This document shows, in pieces, positions 28,938-37,429 of a stretch of DNA of 41,294 nt (position 1 is its first letter; the number at the start of each line of letters is the position of its first letter). A program made the position numbers and the translations under genes. The stretch is from a virus (lineage: Duplodnaviria > Heunggongvirae > Uroviricota > Caudoviricetes). Below the pieces are notes generated by a model. It did not search any database. It was not told the DNA's origin and was given only the letters and a program-made list of their open reading frames with translations. The stretch is taken from the IMG/VR virus record IMGVR_UViG_645951847_000024. One strand, 5' to 3'.

Positions 28938-29518
28938 CAGGCTTTACCCAACAGAATTCCCTTAATACGGGACTCAAGCTGTTCACTCATCCCGTCCACG
29001 CCGCGCAGCTCGTCGGTAACCGCGTTTGCCATCTCTTCAGCAAATGCAGCCCGGATTTCTTTTTCACGTTTAATGCTGCGCTCGGCGGCACTTTCCGCAC
29101 GCTGTGCTGACAGGAGGATGTCCTTAATAAGACGCATATCCACGTCGCTGTCACTGTTCAGGGATTCGGTCGCGGCACGCAGACGGCGGTACATCAGGGC
29201 GCGGGACATCTCCAGAATCAGTGCCGTGGTTTCACCGGTCGGCTTGTCCCCCAGTTCGGCCATCATGGCTTTTGTCTGCTCGCGTAAATCACGCAGGTTA
29301 CGGGCAATCAGCTCATTACGGGAGGCTTCCCGGCTGATGGCCGCCGGTGAAAGCTGCTGCTCTTCCGGCAGGCCTGCCTCGCGGATCAGACGGTTGATTT
29401 CCTCGCGGATCTGGACCTGCGTCAGACGTTTTTCACGCAGCATTTCCAGCAGTGGCTTACGGATGCTGTCGGGGAGCAAATCCACCTTGCGCACGCGGCC
29501 ACGCGTCGGCTTGTCCAT
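28937..29518 (-). CDS. Terminase small subunit-like protein (Mu gp27-like)
   Basis: 193 aa helical, basic; immediately upstream of the large terminase gene. Confidence 0.6.
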   Translation of the reverse strand: MDKPTRGRVRKVDLLPDSIRKPLLEMLREKRLTQVQIREEINRLIREAGLPEEQQLSPAAISREASRNELIARNLRDLREQTKAMMAELGDKPTGETTALILEMSRALMYRRLRAATESLNSDSDVDMRLIKDILLSAQRAESAAERSIKREKEIRAAFAEEMANAVTDELRGVDGMSEQLESRIKGILLGKA

Positions 29519-29520
29519 CG

Positions 29521-29811
29521 CTACCCCCTTGCGCGTGGTTTCTTCACACCCGGAACGGTGGCGCGGCCTTCCGCCACATCCTGACCCCGGCCGGTCAGTT
29601 CAGCGATGAAATAACCATTAACGAGCGTGCGCTTACGCACCAGCCCCTGCTCGGCAAGCCAGGCAATATGAGTATGAACGGTGTCGCGGGACACGCGGTG
29701 ACCGTAATCATCCAGACAGTCCTGGAGCACGGATTCACCCAGTTCGCCGTTGTAATCCGCCAGCGACCGCAGAATGACAAGACGCTGATCTTCAGTAATG
29801 AAATCACTCAT
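29521..29811 (-). CDS. Small winged-helix-like protein (Mu gp26-like)
   Basis: 96 aa; position before the small terminase gene. Confidence 0.45.
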   Translation of the reverse strand: MSDFITEDQRLVILRSLADYNGELGESVLQDCLDDYGHRVSRDTVHTHIAWLAEQGLVRKRTLVNGYFIAELTGRGQDVAEGRATVPGVKKPRARG

Positions 29812-30116
29812 TGTGTTTTTTTCCTTACCGCCTGCTCCAGCAGCAGTTCGTTCTGATAGGAGACAGAGCGGAGCGTGGCGTTCGTGGTTTTCAGTTCACC
29901 CCGCAGGGTCACGATTTCCACATTCAGACGGTTGACCTCGGCTTCTGTCGGCAGTGACGACAGGCGGGTTTCCACCTTCTCAACGCGGTCGGAGAGTTTT
30001 TCAAAGGCCTCGCGGGGGACAAACGTTTTGCGCATCAGCGCCATGAATATCCCGCCAGCGGTTGCCGTCGCCGAAAGGATCGGCACAACATAATCTTTAA
30101 CGATGCTGACCCACAT
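29808..30116 (-). CDS. Membrane protein with N-terminal TM helix and coiled coil (possible gp25/releasin-like lysis accessory)
   Basis: VVPILSATATAGGIFMALM hydrophobic segment then heptad-like region; lies in the lysis cassette. Confidence 0.4.
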   Translation of the reverse strand: MWVSIVKDYVVPILSATATAGGIFMALMRKTFVPREAFEKLSDRVEKVETRLSSLPTEAEVNRLNVEIVTLRGELKTTNATLRSVSYQNELLLEQAVRKKTQ

Positions 30117-30324
30117 GACGGGCCTCCATGATGTTCTGGCAGTTCACACAACGGATGGCATCCGGCACAGCAACAAGACGTGCGGCGGGGATCTCTCCGC
30201 CACAGTCCGCGCAGACACGTCTGCCCGGAGCATCCATTGCCCGGCGCTTACGTGTCAGCCGGTTACAAAGGGCGCGTTCTGATCCCCGCTCCATCACAGC
30301 CTGAGCACGATCTGAATCATCCAT
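30097..30324 (-). CDS. TraR/DksA-type C4 zinc-finger protein
   Basis: CADCGGEIPAARL...IRCVNCQ pattern; start taken at internal ATG (MDDSDRAQ). Confidence 0.55.
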   Translation of the reverse strand: MDDSDRAQAVMERGSERALCNRLTRKRRAMDAPGRRVCADCGGEIPAARLVAVPDAIRCVNCQNIMEARHVGQHR

Positions 30325-30334
30325 ACCTTTTTCC

Positions 30335-30661
30335 TTACTTCGTCTTTCCTGCCGGAACAGCAGGCGTTCCGGCCATATCAGTAAATTCATGTTGTCGCCG
30401 CGCCTCCAGACGACGAATACTGGCCTTGTCCACGTTGCAGTTCTTGATCACCGCCAGCAGTTGCAGGTTGTAAGTGACCGATGCCCCAAACGTGAACGGC
30501 TCCGGCGCAGGAGGGACCAGGCAGTCAGCCAGCCATTCAGCGGGGATCGGCACCGGCTTCACAGGCACGTATTTCACAGACGGCCCGGCGCACCCGATCA
30601 GCCACATCATCAGGAACAGGGGCAGAGGCCGCAGGCACTGCCTCCAGCGACCGGCGGACAA
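30335..30661 (-). CDS. Outer-membrane spanin (o-spanin lipoprotein), start uncertain
   Basis: Lipobox LIGC preceded by hydrophobic PLPLFLMMW and basic RWRQ; candidate TTG start at 30661; Pro-rich mature part. Nested out of frame in the i-spanin gene. Confidence 0.45.
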   Translation of the reverse strand: MSAGRWRQCLRPLPLFLMMWLIGCAGPSVKYVPVKPVPIPAEWLADCLVPPAPEPFTFGASVTYNLQLLAVIKNCNVDKASIRRLEARRQHEFTDMAGTPAVPAGKTK

Positions 30662-30935
30662 CGCTCTGCTGCCCCTCGCTGTGCTGAATGTTCTGTTGTT
30701 TTTCATTCGTGGCCGCCTCACTGATTTGTGAAATGAGTTGCAGGGTGTGCTGCTGATTTGCCAGCACCTGACGCGCCTCATCCCGCTCACGCACAAGCAC
30801 CTGATTATTGTCTTCAAGGCGCTGCGTCTTCTGGTGCATTCCCCATATAGCGGCAACCAGTACAGCGATAATCCCCAGCGCCGCCATGCACGCCCCGGCA
30901 ATCAGGGCCGGTAAGGCATTATTCACCGCAGCCAC
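30537..30935 (-). CDS. Inner-membrane spanin (i-spanin), start uncertain (GTG 30935 or ATG 30887)
   Basis: N-terminal TM segment ALPALIAGACMAALGIIAVLVAAIWGM followed by a Gln/Glu-rich coiled-coil region; directly after the endolysin gene. Confidence 0.5.
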   Translation of the reverse strand: MAAVNNALPALIAGACMAALGIIAVLVAAIWGMHQKTQRLEDNNQVLVRERDEARQVLANQQHTLQLISQISEAATNEKQQNIQHSEGQQSVVRRSLEAVPAASAPVPDDVADRVRRAVCEIRACEAGADPR

Positions 30936-30999
30936 AGGACACCCCGTAACAGCAGTACCGCACACAGCAGCGCTATCATGAGCGGTCGCCAGAAGCGGT

Positions 31000-31500
31000 T
31001 CAGACTTTCGGCAAGTCGTAGCGACATAACCATTCATCCGCCGAACGGCGGGCCTCAAGGCCGGGGAGTTTCACCCCCTTTGAATAAATCCAGCGGATAT
31101 ACTGCTTACAGGACGCGGGCATCTGCCCGGCATTGATCAGGCGCAGAAGCGTGGAGTTGCGAAAGTTCGTTTCACCGGCCCAGAAGATCCACGAAGCCAG
31201 CGCCACCGTCTGACCACGGGTAAGCGGCACCTGAACACGCCGATCAATGGCCGCAAAGGCCCATTTCATGTCCTTTTCCAGTAGTTCCAGGCATTCTTCA
31301 TCTGTCAGGGTCATACCCGGTTTCACATCCGGGCCGGTATGGCCGTAACAGATGGTGGGTGTACCGGTGGGATCGATATACGTGGAGTTTTCTTTCCCTT
31401 CCCAGTAACCGGTGTAATGCGTGGCAATCGTGAACGTCCCGGCACCGGCCAGAACAAGGGCAATCAGCTTTTTACGCAGTGGTGCGGGGAGTTTTGGCAT
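31000..31500 (-). CDS. lys: Endolysin, T4-lysozyme-like (GH24) with N-terminal signal-anchor-release (SAR) domain
   Basis: Catalytic-triad context YWEGKENSTYIDPTGTPTICYGHT; N-terminal hydrophobic KKLIALVLAGAGTFTIA. Confidence 0.85.
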   Translation of the reverse strand: MPKLPAPLRKKLIALVLAGAGTFTIATHYTGYWEGKENSTYIDPTGTPTICYGHTGPDVKPGMTLTDEECLELLEKDMKWAFAAIDRRVQVPLTRGQTVALASWIFWAGETNFRNSTLLRLINAGQMPASCKQYIRWIYSKGVKLPGLEARRSADEWLCRYDLPKV

Positions 31501-31571
31501 TGTTACGCTGTCTCATGATGTTCTCTGAGTCAGCGTAACGGTGAAGGAGAGGCGGCAGGCTTTGCGGAATA

Positions 31572-31997
31572 TCAGAAAAGTGGCGGTTGCGTTCTTACCA
31601 GATGCAGACGGCGCTGTTCGCGTATGACGGTATAAATCTGGGTTTCTGACATCCGGTAATGGCGGCGAAGGGATTCAATTTTCTCGCCCCGGTCCCAGCG
31701 CGAAAATATCTCATTGTTTCGCAGCTCGGCAAAGAGAGATTCCCCGACCGGCAGGTAATAACCCCGTCCGCCCATATAGGCGGCCTGAGCCGCAGCCACC
31801 TTGCGTGCCAGTTTACCGGCCAGTACCGGCTCAATCCCCTGACGCTGAAGTTCTGCGCCGGTGACTTCAACCAGTTCTGACAGGGTCCGCGGCCAGTTCT
31901 TTTTGAGAACATCATCAGGGATGTCATCAAGGCGGTCGATAAGGGCGTGCAGTTGCTCACTGTCACCACCAAACATGCTCATCTGAGTTTCTGCCAT
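31572..31997 (-). CDS. Mor/C-family transcriptional activator (middle or late gene activator)
   Basis: C-terminal HTH region ...SLRRHYRMSETQIYTVIREQRRL parallels Mu Mor (...TRYGVTFNTVYKAIRRMRRL); only one family member in the window. Confidence 0.75.
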   Translation of the reverse strand: MAETQMSMFGGDSEQLHALIDRLDDIPDDVLKKNWPRTLSELVEVTGAELQRQGIEPVLAGKLARKVAAAQAAYMGGRGYYLPVGESLFAELRNNEIFSRWDRGEKIESLRRHYRMSETQIYTVIREQRRLHLVRTQPPLF

Positions 31998-32027
31998 ATC
32001 AGCCTCCGGTTCTCGCGTTCCCGGTAA

Positions 32028-32062
32028 GTTTAAAATAAAAATCCCGCGTTGTGGCGGGATTT
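32028..32062 (-). terminator. Rho-independent terminator between gemA-like and mor/C-like genes
   Basis: Minus-strand AAATCCCGC-CACAAC-GCGGGATTT (9-bp stem) followed by TTATTTTAAA. Confidence 0.5.
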
Positions 32063-32066
32063 GGAG

Positions 32067-32576
32067 TTAACGGGGAAGTGATTTTTCATACTGCCTGCAA
32101 ACGGCGTCATACCCCATCAGCGTGCGTTCGGGCATTCCCATCGCGGCCAGCATTTTGCGGCGGTGCCATCGCTTGAGACGCTCCAGCACATCTGAGGCCA
32201 GGGCGGGGTGTTGCTCCAGCCACTGCCAGTTTGCCACACCTTCGCCGCCGTTCTGCGCGGCCGTCTGCGATTTCACCCAGCGGTTAAGGGCGGTTTCCGC
32301 ACCATCGGTGATAAAGCCCTGCCGGTGCATCACCTTCCAGATGGCGCGAATTTTGGCGGTCACCGTACCCGGTTTTAAGGCCCGGTTAACCGGGTTCTGA
32401 CGCACTTTAAAACCGCGTTTTTTGAAAACATCCAGCACGCGGGATAACTCATCCGGTGACATATCCCGGCAGCTGGTTTTGCCGGTAGCTGCCAGCAGCG
32501 CGGATGTATAAGTCTCATCATCCAGGGCAAGCTCGCGCTTTGCCACATGAATGGCGGATATCAGTTTTCCTCTCAT
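32067..32576 (-). CDS. GemA-like early regulatory protein (Mu gp16-like)
   Basis: 169 aa, position immediately upstream of mor/C; family from memory. Confidence 0.55.
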   Translation of the reverse strand: MRGKLISAIHVAKRELALDDETYTSALLAATGKTSCRDMSPDELSRVLDVFKKRGFKVRQNPVNRALKPGTVTAKIRAIWKVMHRQGFITDGAETALNRWVKSQTAAQNGGEGVANWQWLEQHPALASDVLERLKRWHRRKMLAAMGMPERTLMGYDAVCRQYEKSLPR

Positions 32577-32869
32577 ACCGTATTTACCTTTTTACGGACA
32601 TGGAAAGCCTTTTCTGCCTCATCCCACCGGGCATGGTGTGTTGGCGGAATAATCATTATGTGCCAGCCATCTCTGCTTGTTATTCGGCAGAAAAATTCAC
32701 CGTTATATAACACAATGGCCTGCTGAATGAGCGCATCAGCCGCCCGTTCAACCGGATGTCTTTTATCAAAAAAGCAGATGATTTTTCGACATAACCACCG
32801 GGTAATAACAAATGCGCCGAAAAAGGATGTGATATATAAGCACCAGAACAACAGAGAACTATTGTCCAT
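32573..32869 (-). CDS. Hypothetical small membrane protein (early region)
   Basis: N-terminal TM segment LLFWCLYITSFFGAFVITRWL; AT-rich gene. Confidence 0.4.
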   Translation of the reverse strand: MDNSSLLFWCLYITSFFGAFVITRWLCRKIICFFDKRHPVERAADALIQQAIVLYNGEFFCRITSRDGWHIMIIPPTHHARWDEAEKAFHVRKKVNTV

Positions 32870-33056
32870 TATCTTTCTCCTTATTCACTCTTCTGCGGCA
32901 TTCGGCACAGTCATCAGGGCTTTCAAATGTATCCGGCTCGCGATTATGAGCCAGATATAACCACCGTCCACATATACTGATATTTTCGCCTGTTTTAAAA
33001 AAATGATGCTTCCTGGCCATTAGTGGCCGCGCCCATCCAGCGGGTAGACTATTCAT
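32859..33056 (-). CDS. Hypothetical small Cys-containing protein (early region)
   Basis: 65 aa with ICG...CAEC; AT-rich. Confidence 0.35.
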   Translation of the reverse strand: MNSLPAGWARPLMARKHHFFKTGENISICGRWLYLAHNREPDTFESPDDCAECRRRVNKEKDNGQ

Positions 33057-33384
33057 TTGCTTTATCCTCCATGCTGGACAGAATCATATGTATTAATGTC
33101 GGGCGTGGAGATATACGCATTTCATTAAGCGTCTGAAGGGCAGCAACAGCTGCCTGTTTATCGGTGCCTTTGGCAATTTCAGCAAGAGAATGCACAATCC
33201 ATAATGGGCTTAACGCTACGGCTGAATGCAGAATCATGTCATCCATAATAATTTCTGGCATATCCCGTTTGTCACATTCTTTATCCATAAAAGAAACGAT
33301 TTTTTCTGCATCTTCCGGTTTCATGCCTCCGGCGATGAGAATTTTACGATATTCATAAGACGATCTTAATTCAATACTCATCAT
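33049..33384 (-). CDS. Hypothetical protein (early region)
   Basis: 111 aa, protein-like composition; AT-rich. Confidence 0.4.
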   Translation of the reverse strand: MMSIELRSSYEYRKILIAGGMKPEDAEKIVSFMDKECDKRDMPEIIMDDMILHSAVALSPLWIVHSLAEIAKGTDKQAAVAALQTLNEMRISPRPTLIHMILSSMEDKANE

Positions 33385-33396
33385 TCACCTGCCTGT

Positions 33397-33789
33397 TTAA
33401 TCAGTTTCCAGTGCTTTGCTACGGGCAACAGCCTCACACTCAAAAAATACCGACTCCGGCACACGCTCCTTTAATTCACGAACAAGAAAATCATTAACGA
33501 GTTCATGACGTCTTATATTTCTTTCCTTTTCCTCCTGGCGCAATACAGCAAGGCGGTATTCAACAGTCCGGCGTTGTTTCTGAAAGACAGCCAGTGCTTT
33601 TCTGGCAGAGTTACGCAATGTATCATCGCCACAGGGTTCGTATTCAAGCTGAAATTTAATCTCTTCAATGGTTTCTTTTATTTTTGCCAGCAAGCTAAGA
33701 CAGTCGCTGATTGTCTTCAGTTTTTCATTATCAATATAACTTCTCACGCATTCACCTCCCGTCATTCCGGTAAAGCTGAAATATGGCAC
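33397..33789 (-). CDS. Hypothetical coiled-coil protein (early region)
   Basis: 130 aa, Glu/Lys/Arg-rich helical; start uncertain. Confidence 0.4.
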   Translation of the reverse strand: MPYFSFTGMTGGECVRSYIDNEKLKTISDCLSLLAKIKETIEEIKFQLEYEPCGDDTLRNSARKALAVFQKQRRTVEYRLAVLRQEEKERNIRRHELVNDFLVRELKERVPESVFFECEAVARSKALETD

Positions 33790-34073
33790 CAGTGCGTCAC
33801 CTGTCCGTCCTCATCTTCAAGGCAGGCTCCGGTTTCTTCATCAATAAAAAAGCCTTCATACCCCATATGGCCGATGCGCAGTTCCTGTTGGTCACCATAC
33901 TGAACAATCAGCACGACAGCCTCCATATCAGGCGGGAAAGCATCATTCAGTGAATGCCAGGGATAACCGCGCAAATCCCCGAAATAAACACCGGTCAGCG
34001 TTCCGCCACAGACCGGCATTCCGACGGCACACACAAGGGGTTCATCTGATTCAACAAATAATGTCGTTATCAT
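33762..34073 (-). CDS. Hypothetical acidic protein (early region)
   Basis: 103 aa; overlaps neighbours by a few bp, consistent with an operon. Confidence 0.4.
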   Translation of the reverse strand: MITTLFVESDEPLVCAVGMPVCGGTLTGVYFGDLRGYPWHSLNDAFPPDMEAVVLIVQYGDQQELRIGHMGYEGFFIDEETGACLEDEDGQVTHWCHISALPE

Positions 34074-34621
34074 GGCATTAATTCCCGTAATACAACATCT
34101 TCGGCAGTCCGACGACGGTGATAAATAAAACTCACCGTGCCCTCGGATAATTCAAATTTCTCGCCGATTTCCCTAAAGGTAAGACGCCGTGGTGATTCAG
34201 CATCCCGTAATTCACGAATAAGACGAACATCATCGTCAGGTATGCGGGTGAAGGGCAGCAACTCTCCGTATTTTTTCATGCTTACGCCAATATATCGCGC
34301 CCGATTGTGGACAGAATCCCGGTCTCGCCCCAGATATTCTCCTATTTGCTTACCGGTCATTGTTCTGGCATTTTTTCGGATAAATTTATCTTCATCAGGT
34401 TTAAATCTGAGGCGTTTGCATTTGAGCAACTCCGGGTAAGTACCGCGTAATAAAACAATCCGGTTATGTACACCCCAGAAACTTCTTTTTATCCTGACAG
34501 CAATATCCTTAACCGGGGTGGATGGATAAAGCGCAATCAGCAGCGCATCTTCTTCAGGTGTCCATGCGCGAACATGAGCGGGTGCACGGCCTTTTCTCCC
34601 CATGGGTTGTAATATCATCAT
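34070..34621 (-). CDS. Hypothetical DNA-binding protein with three HTH-like repeats
   Basis: Three HTH-like segments (VKDIAVRIKRSFWGVHNRIVLL, MTGKQIGEYLGRDRDSVHNRARYIGV, LTFREIGEKFELSEGTVSFIYHRRR). Confidence 0.45.
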   Translation of the reverse strand: MMILQPMGRKGRAPAHVRAWTPEEDALLIALYPSTPVKDIAVRIKRSFWGVHNRIVLLRGTYPELLKCKRLRFKPDEDKFIRKNARTMTGKQIGEYLGRDRDSVHNRARYIGVSMKKYGELLPFTRIPDDDVRLIRELRDAESPRRLTFREIGEKFELSEGTVSFIYHRRRTAEDVVLRELMP

Positions 34622-34624
34622 GCA

Positions 34625-35140
34625 TCACCCCCTGACTCGCTTTTCAGCAGCATAAAACTCATCAGACAGAATTTCGGTCATTTTCTGATTTGCGGGTTTT
34701 ACGCCGCACTCAAGGTAAATCACATCGTCAACGCAGAACCACTTCACAGGGCCAAACATGATTGCCGAGAAATCAATACCCAGCCAGAACAACAGTGCAT
34801 CGGTTCTGGCATACGTGACGGGCGAATATTCACGCCACAGACTGTTAAGTTCGTCAGAGGCAACGCGCAGGGCTTTGGGAATACGTGATGTGCGCGGTGT
34901 GCAGCTCCAGCCATTCGACGCAGTCGGTTTTCGCCATAAGTCGCGATGAAAAGGATATTTGTCATCCATAAAGCGCAGCCCTTTAAAACAAAAGCCACTG
35001 ATACCGGATACAAATACCGACCGGCACGCAACATTCAGCACGGCCTCAAGGCGTTTTGCCTCATCCTTAACTTTCTGGCAGTCCTGCTGATATTTTTGCC
35101 ACGCGGCCAGCGCGGAAGGGTTTGATGTTTTAAAGAACAT
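34625..35140 (-). CDS. Hypothetical protein (early region)
   Basis: 171 aa; tightly packed with neighbours. Confidence 0.45.
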   Translation of the reverse strand: MFFKTSNPSALAAWQKYQQDCQKVKDEAKRLEAVLNVACRSVFVSGISGFCFKGLRFMDDKYPFHRDLWRKPTASNGWSCTPRTSRIPKALRVASDELNSLWREYSPVTYARTDALLFWLGIDFSAIMFGPVKWFCVDDVIYLECGVKPANQKMTEILSDEFYAAEKRVRG

Positions 35141-35673
35141 TACGCCACCTCCGCAGATATCCCGGCAGGCGCGGCCGTCCGGTCAACAATCAGGTAACGC
35201 AGAACGCGCGAGGTGATATTCCAGCCGCTTAAACCGCAGATAATGACACCCAGGCGTATGTCGATATACGCCATCACAAACTGGGGCACGCCTTCTTTCA
35301 TGGCCTGCTCATCAACTTCAGCCACCACATAAACGGTTTCACAGGTCAGAACGCCCTGAGCAAATTCCCACGCCATTGACGGAATATCATGCCCCTCAAT
35401 CCACGGCAGGGATTTTCTGAAGCTGCACCACTGAACATCATCAGCCGCACCTTCCTGGCTGCATTTGCGACGAACCGGCTGCACCGGGCGGGGACGCGGA
35501 ATATCATAAAAACCGTTACATTCCGTCAGCACCCCGGCATCGACCGCATCACGCAGAAAATAAACCATCGAGGATGGCGGCATATTCATTTTTTCAGCCA
35601 GAATGCCGCAGGTCAGACGCCCGTAAATACTCAGCCAGTTTTTAACCCCTTCAAGCACTTTTGCACCAATCAT
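35140..35673 (-). CDS. Hypothetical protein with N-terminal winged-helix-like segment (early region)
   Basis: 177 aa; MVYFLRDAVDAGVL-type helix near N-terminus. Confidence 0.45.
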   Translation of the reverse strand: MIGAKVLEGVKNWLSIYGRLTCGILAEKMNMPPSSMVYFLRDAVDAGVLTECNGFYDIPRPRPVQPVRRKCSQEGAADDVQWCSFRKSLPWIEGHDIPSMAWEFAQGVLTCETVYVVAEVDEQAMKEGVPQFVMAYIDIRLGVIICGLSGWNITSRVLRYLIVDRTAAPAGISAEVA

Positions 35674-35676
35674 GAA

Positions 35677-36219
35677 TTATTCCTCCGTCAGCGCCACATA
35701 TTCAGAATGTTTAATCTCCTGGCATTCTTCAGGAATACCCCCTTTTATTTCCCTGCCATAAGCGCCTACTTTAAACACCACGCACAGGGCATCACGGGAG
35801 AGCGACGGGGTCCACCAGGAGTCCATGTTAAACATGGAGGGGATTCTCATTACCCCCAGCTTTTCACAGAGCCAGACAAGGAAATCAGGACGCTTTCTTA
35901 ACTCGCGTTCAGCGGCTTCAATCATTGCGGCAATCGCCGGTCCTTCAGGGCATGACTCATCAGGTCTGGCAATAAAGCACGGTCCGTCCCCGATAAAAGC
36001 CACATCATCGCGCTTACGCCAGCCCGCAGGCAGAGCACCAGAAAAATAAAACTCACTGATTACGTCCATGGCAAACGGCTTTAAGCGCAATCCGGCAGCG
36101 CCTGTATTTTTCAGTAATGCCCGAAGAATACTGTTGCGTAGCGGTAAAACAGTCTGTTGATATTTGGTGAAATATTTATTTGTCTGCACACGGTCTAATT
36201 TGAAATAAAAATATGCCAT
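35677..36219 (-). CDS. Hypothetical protein (early region, downstream of gam)
   Basis: 180 aa. Confidence 0.45.
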   Translation of the reverse strand: MAYFYFKLDRVQTNKYFTKYQQTVLPLRNSILRALLKNTGAAGLRLKPFAMDVISEFYFSGALPAGWRKRDDVAFIGDGPCFIARPDESCPEGPAIAAMIEAAERELRKRPDFLVWLCEKLGVMRIPSMFNMDSWWTPSLSRDALCVVFKVGAYGREIKGGIPEECQEIKHSEYVALTEE

Positions 36220-36316
36220 ATATCCTGTTCCTTATTTTCAGTTTACAGGCGCAGGCAGTCCCCTGACGCGAGCGCCATACTTAAAACGATGTGATATTTA
36301 AAGATTTAATGCGGTG

Positions 36317-36847
36317 TTATTTATTCAGTCCGGCGTCCTGTTCAAAAGGCTCGACATAAAAACTTTCAGCGCCTTTATTCACCTTAATACCGGCAATGCC
36401 TTTCACTGCATCCGGCTCCGCTAGGACCGCTTCCTTGTTCACTTCCTCTTTCGTGCGGATGAATCGCTCAAGCCCCATACGGCGCAGCATTTCAATCACA
36501 CCTTCCACATCACGGCTGACGCTGCATGATGGATTTCCCAGCCGCCATGACACTGTTCCGGTGGTCAGATTGGCTGTTTTGGTTTTGCCGCCGTTCGTCA
36601 GCTCATCGCGGTTGGTTTTGCACCAGTCCTGAATCCCCTTAAAAAGCACTTTGATTTCTTTTTTAAGGTTTTCAATCTGCGGCGTATAACGGGCGGTGAT
36701 TTCTGCCACTTCATCATTCATCGCCGTTTCCAGCCGTAGCGCCTCTCGCTGAATATCGCCCAGGGTACGGATATCGCGGCTGACTTCTTCGCGGGTCTGC
36801 GGTGCAGCCTCGGCTGCGGCCTTTAATTTTGTAACACGTTTAGCCAT
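36317..36847 (-). CDS. gam: Gam, host-nuclease (RecBCD) inhibitor, Mu Gam-like DNA end-binding protein
   Basis: 176 aa; position and size as Mu Gam; recognised from memory of the family. Confidence 0.8.
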   Translation of the reverse strand: MAKRVTKLKAAAEAAPQTREEVSRDIRTLGDIQREALRLETAMNDEVAEITARYTPQIENLKKEIKVLFKGIQDWCKTNRDELTNGGKTKTANLTTGTVSWRLGNPSCSVSRDVEGVIEMLRRMGLERFIRTKEEVNKEAVLAEPDAVKGIAGIKVNKGAESFYVEPFEQDAGLNK

Positions 36848-36858
36848 TTTGTTTTTCC

Positions 36859-37152
36859 TTATTGCAGTGTGCCTGATGCTTTATGCACGCGGTGGCGTTT
36901 AATGATGGCATCCGCCCCAAAAGCCTGTACAGATGCCTGAAATTCCGCTGAGAGAAACTGAATAATTTCAGGACTGTGATACTGGAGAATACTTGCATAA
37001 ACGCCACAGAGTGACGTCGGCCTGTTATTCGTATCACGTTCTGTTTTTACATCCACACCAATCTTTTCATGCACTTCAACACAGTCATTGCCTGCCGGTT
37101 TTTCGTCATGCGAAACATGCTTAAATTCAAAAATAACGCGTACTTTGCTCAT
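36859..37152 (-). CDS. Hypothetical protein, tandem paralogue 2 (MSKVRVIFEFKHV...)
   Basis: Start at internal ATG; N-terminus shares MSKV-R-IFE-K with the upstream gene. Confidence 0.45.
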   Translation of the reverse strand: MSKVRVIFEFKHVSHDEKPAGNDCVEVHEKIGVDVKTERDTNNRPTSLCGVYASILQYHSPEIIQFLSAEFQASVQAFGADAIIKRHRVHKASGTLQ

Positions 37153-37156
37153 GGAA

Positions 37157-37429
37157 TTACCCCTGCTGATTAAATTCATTACCTTTAATAACCCCGGAAC
37201 GCATGCTCATATCTTTCATGAGCGCACTGGCTTTCATTGCCACAAGTTCAGCAAAGTCTCTGCTTTCCGCGAGCATAACCACCCCAAAAATCATGGCGGG
37301 TCCATCACCTTTCTGCTTTATCCCGGTTGAACGTATGTCCAGACTTACCCCCATGCGCACTGTTCCATCAGCGTTTTTATGGATAACGTGCTCCTTGTAT
37401 TCGAAAATAATGCGTACGACTTTACTCAT
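37157..37429 (-). CDS. Hypothetical protein, tandem paralogue 1 (MSKVVRIIFEYKEHV...)
   Basis: 90 aa; N-terminal 13 residues nearly identical to the downstream gene, remainder divergent. Confidence 0.45.
   Translation of the reverse strand: MSKVVRIIFEYKEHVIHKNADGTVRMGVSLDIRSTGIKQKGDGPAMIFGVVMLAESRDFAELVAMKASALMKDMSMRSGVIKGNEFNQQG

Noticed and set aside
30662-30901. N-terminal 80 codons of the 30335-30901 ORF
   Set aside because: No signal-peptide features; the lipoprotein signal begins near codon 81, so the upstream part is probably untranslated (it lies within the i-spanin gene in another frame).
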